This document shows positions 57,979 through 64,000 of a stretch of 64,000 nucleotides of DNA, in pieces. This DNA is from the human T2T-CHM13v2.0 reference genome, Homo sapiens. The position numbers were made by a program, and so were the translations under genes. Numbering within the stretch: the first letter of the stretch is position 1; every line of letters begins with the position of its first letter. Below the pieces are notes generated by a model. That model was not told the origin of the DNA. It ran no database searches and saw only the letters and a program-made list of their open reading frames with translations. The DNA lies in the NCBI RefSeq assembly GCF_009914755.1, contig NC_060931.1. One strand, given 5' to 3'.

Positions 57979-58068
57979 GCCTGAGGACTGGAGGACTGAC
58001 CGGGGCCAGCACAGCGGGCGGGGGCCTGAGGACTCGAGGACTGACCGGGGCCAGCACAGCGGGCGGGG
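57979..58068. repeat. 45-bp tandem duplication containing a GC box
   Basis: gcctgaggact(g/c)gaggactgaccggggccagcacagcgggcgggg occurs twice. Confidence 0.9.
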
Positions 58069-61000
58069 CTCTGCCCATTAAATACACTTTCGTGTGTTTC
58101 TTTTAACAACGTGCTCCTTTCACAGAAGTGTTTTATGCTGCGTTTCGTAGAAAGGAGGAAGCACTCAACAGAACCTTCCGTTTCCAGTCACCGGGTGATT
58201 GCCGCGCCTGTTGCTTCCACAAGGAACCCACTGCAAAACCATCTAGGGCAGGGGCAGCCCCGGGTCTCCAGAGCACACGCCAGACTCCCGAAACCCAGGC
58301 CAGGACCACGCCCCACAGGAATCTGTCCCCTCCCCTCGGCGGTGGTCAGGTTGGCCTTGAGTCTTCCATGAGAATCTGCAGAATGCGGCACACAGGCGAG
58401 GCAAGACTGGGGACTTCCTTGAATAACAAGGTGTCCAGTGCTTTAAAAATACTCTAATGGTGAGGAAGGAAATTGAGAAAATGATTCATTAGAAGAGCGG
58501 AATAACTCTTTTTAAGAGCAGGCTCGCAGAAGTCGAGCTGGGCAACAGATTCTCGAGCCGCTGGCATCCATATTTATCGAGCAGAGGAAGCATCCCTGTA
58601 ACTGCACAGTGGCACAGAGCCACTGACCACGGCACGACCCGCCCTCCATCTCCACGTTCAGGAGCATCCCTGTAACTGGACAGTGGCACAGAGCCACCGC
58701 TGCACACAGCAGTAAAAATGTACAGCCCTCCCTCTCTGCGTTCAGGAGCAGAGGGCATGAGTTTCACCTCCCTACAGGACAGGAAACTACGACAGTCATC
58801 TTTGCACCTGAAGAAACAAATTATTTAAACTTTCTCATCCTGCAGTTTACTTCTTAGACATGTCTACTTTCTATAGCAAAATAGATCTGGACACGAATAA
58901 TAAATGCGAAGCATGGTGTTACAGGGAAAATCCTGAGGCATGGCCCAGGCCCAGGAAGAAGCTGCAGAAAAGGAGAAATTCATGTCCCTCCCCTGCTGTC
59001 TTTCCTAGGACATCCCTTCTCTGCTCACCCACGTCCAGGACCTGTTCTTTGTATAGAGGTTCCTGTCTTCTGGTGTTGAGTGACACAGAGCAACCCAAAA
59101 GCTCCCTCGCAGAAGCCCCTGCAGGCTTCACGACGTGTGAGCAAGGGAGGTTCTTTGGCTAAAGACCCAGACAAGGCAATGATCTACCCAACAAGATCAC
59201 CAAGGGCAAGACTTCACGCGAGCACAGCTGAGGAAGATGTTTGGGGCTTATCTGACCGTTTCTACAAGCATCTCTCAAATCACACCACAGAGGAAACCAA
59301 AAGGCCTGGTTCAGCCTCCAGGGGCCGGGCTCTGGAAGAAAGTAGGCCCAGGGCAGGAGTCCACGGCCACAGGGAACAGGGAATGCTGCCTTCCTGTGGG
59401 GAACAAGAGCATCGGCCACTCCACCACCAAAGATCCGCGGCCGAACCACCTTGCTGAAATTTAACCTGAACTTGCCTCAGCACGACAGCTTCAGGATTAA
59501 AAGTGGTTCACGGATTTGGGGAACTGCAGAGGACAGTATGTGTGTACAGAGAATTACACAATCATGTAGCTTTTTGTGGAGTGAGCCCTCTGTCCATTCA
59601 GGATGCTTTGGAAATGTTTTTACCAAACTATGAGTCTCACAGTTTCGAGGACTCCATTCCCGCTGGGGCTGTGCTGTCCGCCGCACCCTTGCACTGGGCC
59701 CTGACCCACCCTCCCACCCCATGCACCAAGCTCCTGGCCACTCTTTTCTGGCTGCCCTGGGCTCGCCAGCTGATGAGGCCAATGGGCCCTCCTGTCCCTG
59801 GGGCTTGGCACTAAGCCTCAGGGCACCCGTCCTCACTGCCTGACTACCTTTCTCTGCCTGTTCCAGCTGGACCCACTGAGCAAAACCTTCTAAACCAGAC
59901 GATGCTCAGAACTACCCAGCCTCAGAACTACCTCTGTCCTCAGACTTAGATGCCACAGGAAACCCCTTGCTGGGAGAGCCAGTGCTGACTCCAGCTTCTC
60001 AGCGGGTTTGATTTTGGATGCCGTGATCAGAACCCTGCAGGTGCTGTGTGTTCTGTCTCATCCAGGGATGTCCCGTGTCTACTGCAGGACCTTCGGGGGA
60101 GGCCTGCCTGCAGAATCTCTGTGCAAAGGTGATGTGGGCAGGGAGTGTTGATGACGATGCTTTGATGGTCCTCTTCTGTTGTCTCCCATAGGCACAGCTT
60201 TGGACCAAGCTCTGTCCCCCACACAATGGACTGACCTCTTGGGACTCAGAGTCTGATGCCGACTGGCTGAGGAAAGTGGACGTGGCAGGGACCCCGCGGC
60301 TGCCTCTGCTGAGGGGGACAAGAGGGCACCGAGGCTTCTCCTCACTCTGAGAGGAGTTGTCACGTGCACCCTTGGAGCAAGGTCACCAGCCAGTCACAAG
60401 TGCAGGGCCATTATTCTGGTCCGCGCCATGTGGAATTTTAAAAAGTTTTAGATGGTGGACCATTGGCAGTTTTAGAAATACACTAAGGCCCCGGAAGACC
60501 TACCTATTGGTTCAGGTACCTGAGGAAAGGTGGTGGAGGAGACAGAAGCTGGCGGGGGCGGGGGGGAACCTAGGCAGCTCCCGTGAGGACAAGTGATGAC
60601 GGCAGAGAAGAGGGCAGGACTCAAGCAGCTGGGCGCCCAGCAGAAGCTCCATGTTGGACAACCATGCACTACCCTGGTGGCTTGAGAGCAATAGAATTTG
60701 CCCGAGCTTAAAATTAAACTCAGCCCTAATAGGAAGTTTATGGAATGATTCACCATCTGTAATAAAATTTATCTTTCTTGGAGTAGAAAAGAGTATTTTT
60801 CCCAAAAAATATAGTCTCTAAGAAATTGTGGAATAATCAAATCTATCTATAACCTAAACTTATGCAAAAAGAAACATGGATGTGAGTTTATTCTGCCAAA
60901 ACGAGGAATAAGGTCCTTCAAGCTACCAGCTTTTTGCCGTCTGGGAGCTTGGGTTTCAGAAGATCCCCTGTAAATTCCGGACCCCTAGTTCCCTGGAACA

Positions 61001-63619
61001 GGCATGAGACAACCTGCTAAGGCAGACTGAGAGCCCAGTCAGATCCCTGCTTTCCCTGGGATCTGGGTTGAAATGGAGTTGAATGAGGGACCCGGACAAC
61101 CAGAATCATGCTCAAAGAGGTTTCGAGTATCCTCTGTCTACCACCCAGGTCAGCAGGCGGGGTTTGCCCTGGACCAGCGTGTGGAGAGACCCGGGCACAC
61201 GGCTGCTCAGGACGCAGTCAGACGCGGAACCCGACCCCTCAGGTTTGATCACAGAAACCTGTGGCGTGTTTCTGGGGTAGGATCCTTCCTTTAAATAAAA
61301 ACTTACACAGGAACCAAATGTTCAGAGAGTCTACATCCCAGATTTGGCTGATTCTTTTCTCCTCAGCGTTACAATGAGATGGCGTGATTTGAGGACCTGC
61401 TGTACGTGCGCTAAACGTCTTTTTCTTGTTACTCTGACATTCGAATCCAGTCAGGCATCCTGTATTCAATCTGGAACTCTGCTCTTCCTTCTGGGGGGCC
61501 CTCAAGCTCTGGGAATCATAGGATAAGAGGACTGTGGTGCTGGACGACCCCGAGCCCCCAGTTGGGTGAGCAAGCGTGCAGCAGCGAGAAATGTCTGAGC
61601 CCCCAGGCTTCAAGCCCACTTCGCTCAGCCTGGGTCTCACCCACTGTACAAAGGATCCAACCCTGCAGCTCCGCTCCTGGAGGACTGACCAAGACCTGCG
61701 GCGGTGACTGCCCCCGCCCAGCCCCACGGCGCTGACCTGGAACTGCCCTGATGATGAGAATCACAGGGATGGCGTGCGTGCCAGGGGTGAGCCCGCCTGC
61801 AGAGGAGCTGGTGAGGGCCACAGCCCATGCCCTCCCCTGCTGGGCTCCTTGCTGTCAGCTGACAGTACCCTGGCTTCGCGGTGACAGCAGCTCTTCCTCT
61901 GAGCGCTGCCTCAGCTCATCACATGAGCTGAGAGTGGGATGGGTCTCATCATAGCTACCTTCTATCCATTCTTTTTTACCTAAGGCTTTCTTGAGAGGCA
62001 GTTTTCACTTTGCAGCCTGAATCCTACTCTGCTTCAGGTAAGATAACTGGGCGGGAGCCTGACAGTTTAAGAGACCCAAATAGAACTAATCTCCAAGCGG
62101 GCACGTAAGAACAGCTCACAGCATGGCTGCCCCGGCTCCTTCTCACCTGGGATTTCTCCTGGAGCATTCCCGACGTCCACACACCACATTTCCTCCGCTC
62201 TGTCTGCTGCAGAGCCTGCTCCAGGGTGAACACAGGCTGTCCTGAATCAGCCGCTGACGCCTCCCCCGGCATCTCCACGTGCAGCCCCTGCCCTGCGCGA
62301 CTGGCGTGGAAAGGGCTCTGGTGCGTCTCACACTCTGCTATCATCAGCCTCCTTCCTGCTCCAGTTCTTAAGTTCTTGTCTTTTCTGTTGTCTGCATTTA
62401 ATTTAAATTTCTATGAATCGCCGCGAGACGACCCTGTGAGTACGCACTCCATGTGCATGTGCTTCTCCACGGAGGGAGCTGCCTGGGTGGCCGCCCTGCT
62501 GATCCTCTGCATCCAGCCTCTGGTAGGATGGGGGCGACCACATCAGATACCACCTCTGTGGAAGGGTCTGTGTCTCCTCCCCTGCCCCCCAGTCACAGCT
62601 TTGGGGGAGATTTCAGAGATTTCAGGGCCTTCCCTGAAGCCTTTCCTGGAAGGTGGATTCTCTTGCTTTTTCAGCAACCACCAGCCGTTGGCTCTGCTGG
62701 AATGGCATCCAGGGTTTTCCTTGTTGCTTCTGTATCTGTTTGTTTTGGCCTATTTGTTGTTCATATTGTTAAGCTTTAGGGAGGAACGTTTGGGGATCTG
62801 GTTTCACAAGGTCCCAGGAAGCCAGAAGTCTCCTGCAGCCACGCGAGGTCTGTCCACGAGGCCTGAACTGCGTGGTCGTGCTGGGTAGACACACCGGCTA
62901 GGAGACGAATGTGGAAGAGTTGATTTCAACTAAAGGATCCAGAGTGGGGTGAGGGAGGTGCAGCGTCGGTACAGGGAGGCAGGAAGCAGGAGCAGGACGG
63001 GTTGAGGCAGCAGCACCAGCAACGCCTGTGAAACCCCTCGTGCATGTCCCCGTGAGGACCCCTGATGCCTCTGCTGCCTGATGCTGCAAACGTCTCTTGA
63101 GTGAGAGCTCAGTTTCCAAATGGAGTGACAAGGAGCAGAACTTCTAGACACCGGAAGTGGAAGGTTGCTCAAGGCAGATGCACAAATAAATGACAAATGG
63201 CAGCTTGATAACCAACACAATGCTAAAGGGCCACAGGCACAGGCCACAGAGAAGGGCCATGGGAGCAGGCAGGCCACGCAGGACACGGAGAAGAGCCAGG
63301 GAAGCAGGTGGCCCATGCAGGGCACAGAGCCACCCTTCCGGGCAGGGCAAGCGGCCTCTCATCCCACGTCACAACCCGCAGCTGCTGCTGTGCTGCAGGG
63401 AAGAGTGACATCACAGACACCCCTCAGAGCCCCTGGGAAAAGCCTAAAGGAGGCTCTGGAGGCTCCACCAAAGACCGTCGGCACCAACGGCTGGCATGTT
63501 CCTTGGGAAATTAGAGGAGGGCGTGTCTGCCAAAGGTGGATTTATAACAAGAGCCCAAGAGTGGGACTCACTCTTCCCGGGGATCCCACCTGCTCCCACT
63601 CCTCACCAGGGAGCAGCAT

Positions 63620-64000
63620 GGCTGTGTCCATGTGTCCCTGTGTGTACATGTATATATGCATGTGTTTGTGTGTCCTTGTGTCCCGGGTGTACAGGTATGT
63701 GTGTTTGTGTGTCCATGTGTCCATGAGTACACATATGTGCATGTGTTTGTGTCCATGTGTCTCTGGTATACACGTATTTGTCCACGTGTCCCTTTGTGTA
63801 CACATATGTGAATGTGTTTGTGTGTCCATGTGTCCCTGGTGTACATGTATGTGCGTTTGTGTGTCCATGTGTCCATGAGTACACATATGTGCATGTGTTT
63901 CTGTGTCCATGTGTCTCTGGTATACACATATGTATTTGTCCACGTGTCCCTTTGTGTACACATATGTGAATGTGTTTGTGTGTCCATGTGTCCCTGGTGT
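63620..64000. repeat. TG-rich higher-order minisatellite (runs off the window)
   Basis: ~32-bp gtgtccatgtgtc monomers arranged in ~152-158-bp higher-order units. Confidence 0.85.

Noticed and set aside
62226-63878. 220-aa and 237-aa plus-strand ORFs
   Set aside because: No recognisable domain. GC-rich chance ORFs, and the second runs into a VNTR.

Overview
Human (hominid) genomic DNA from inside the PTPRN2 gene (IA-2beta/phogrin, 7q36.3), transcribed on the minus strand. The only protein-coding sequence I can support is one 103-bp exon at 10044-10146. It encodes (G)[33 protein letters not shown](R), which I recognise as PTPRN2 exon 4; the ORF track misses it. The rest is intron. The left ~41 kb is AT-rich and filled with nested retroelements: four long, old, plus-strand L1s (antisense to the gene) carrying a 5'-inverted L1PA2, Alus, a THE1 LTR, a tailless 5S rRNA fragment and an L1-derived minisatellite. 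The right ~23 kb is GC-rich and full of VNTRs. At the boundary sits an intact 968-bp HERV-K(HML-2) LTR5_Hs solo LTR with a 6-bp TSD. It faces a candidate intragenic promoter and first exon that points in the PTPRN2 direction. Several small templated-insertion or duplication scars are also visible. I see no CRISPR or prokaryotic system and no convincingly new multi-gene system. The best leads are the LTR5_Hs/alternative-promoter module and the repair and retrotransposition scars. Subfamily names and exon numbering come from recalled consensus sequences, not from a database search.
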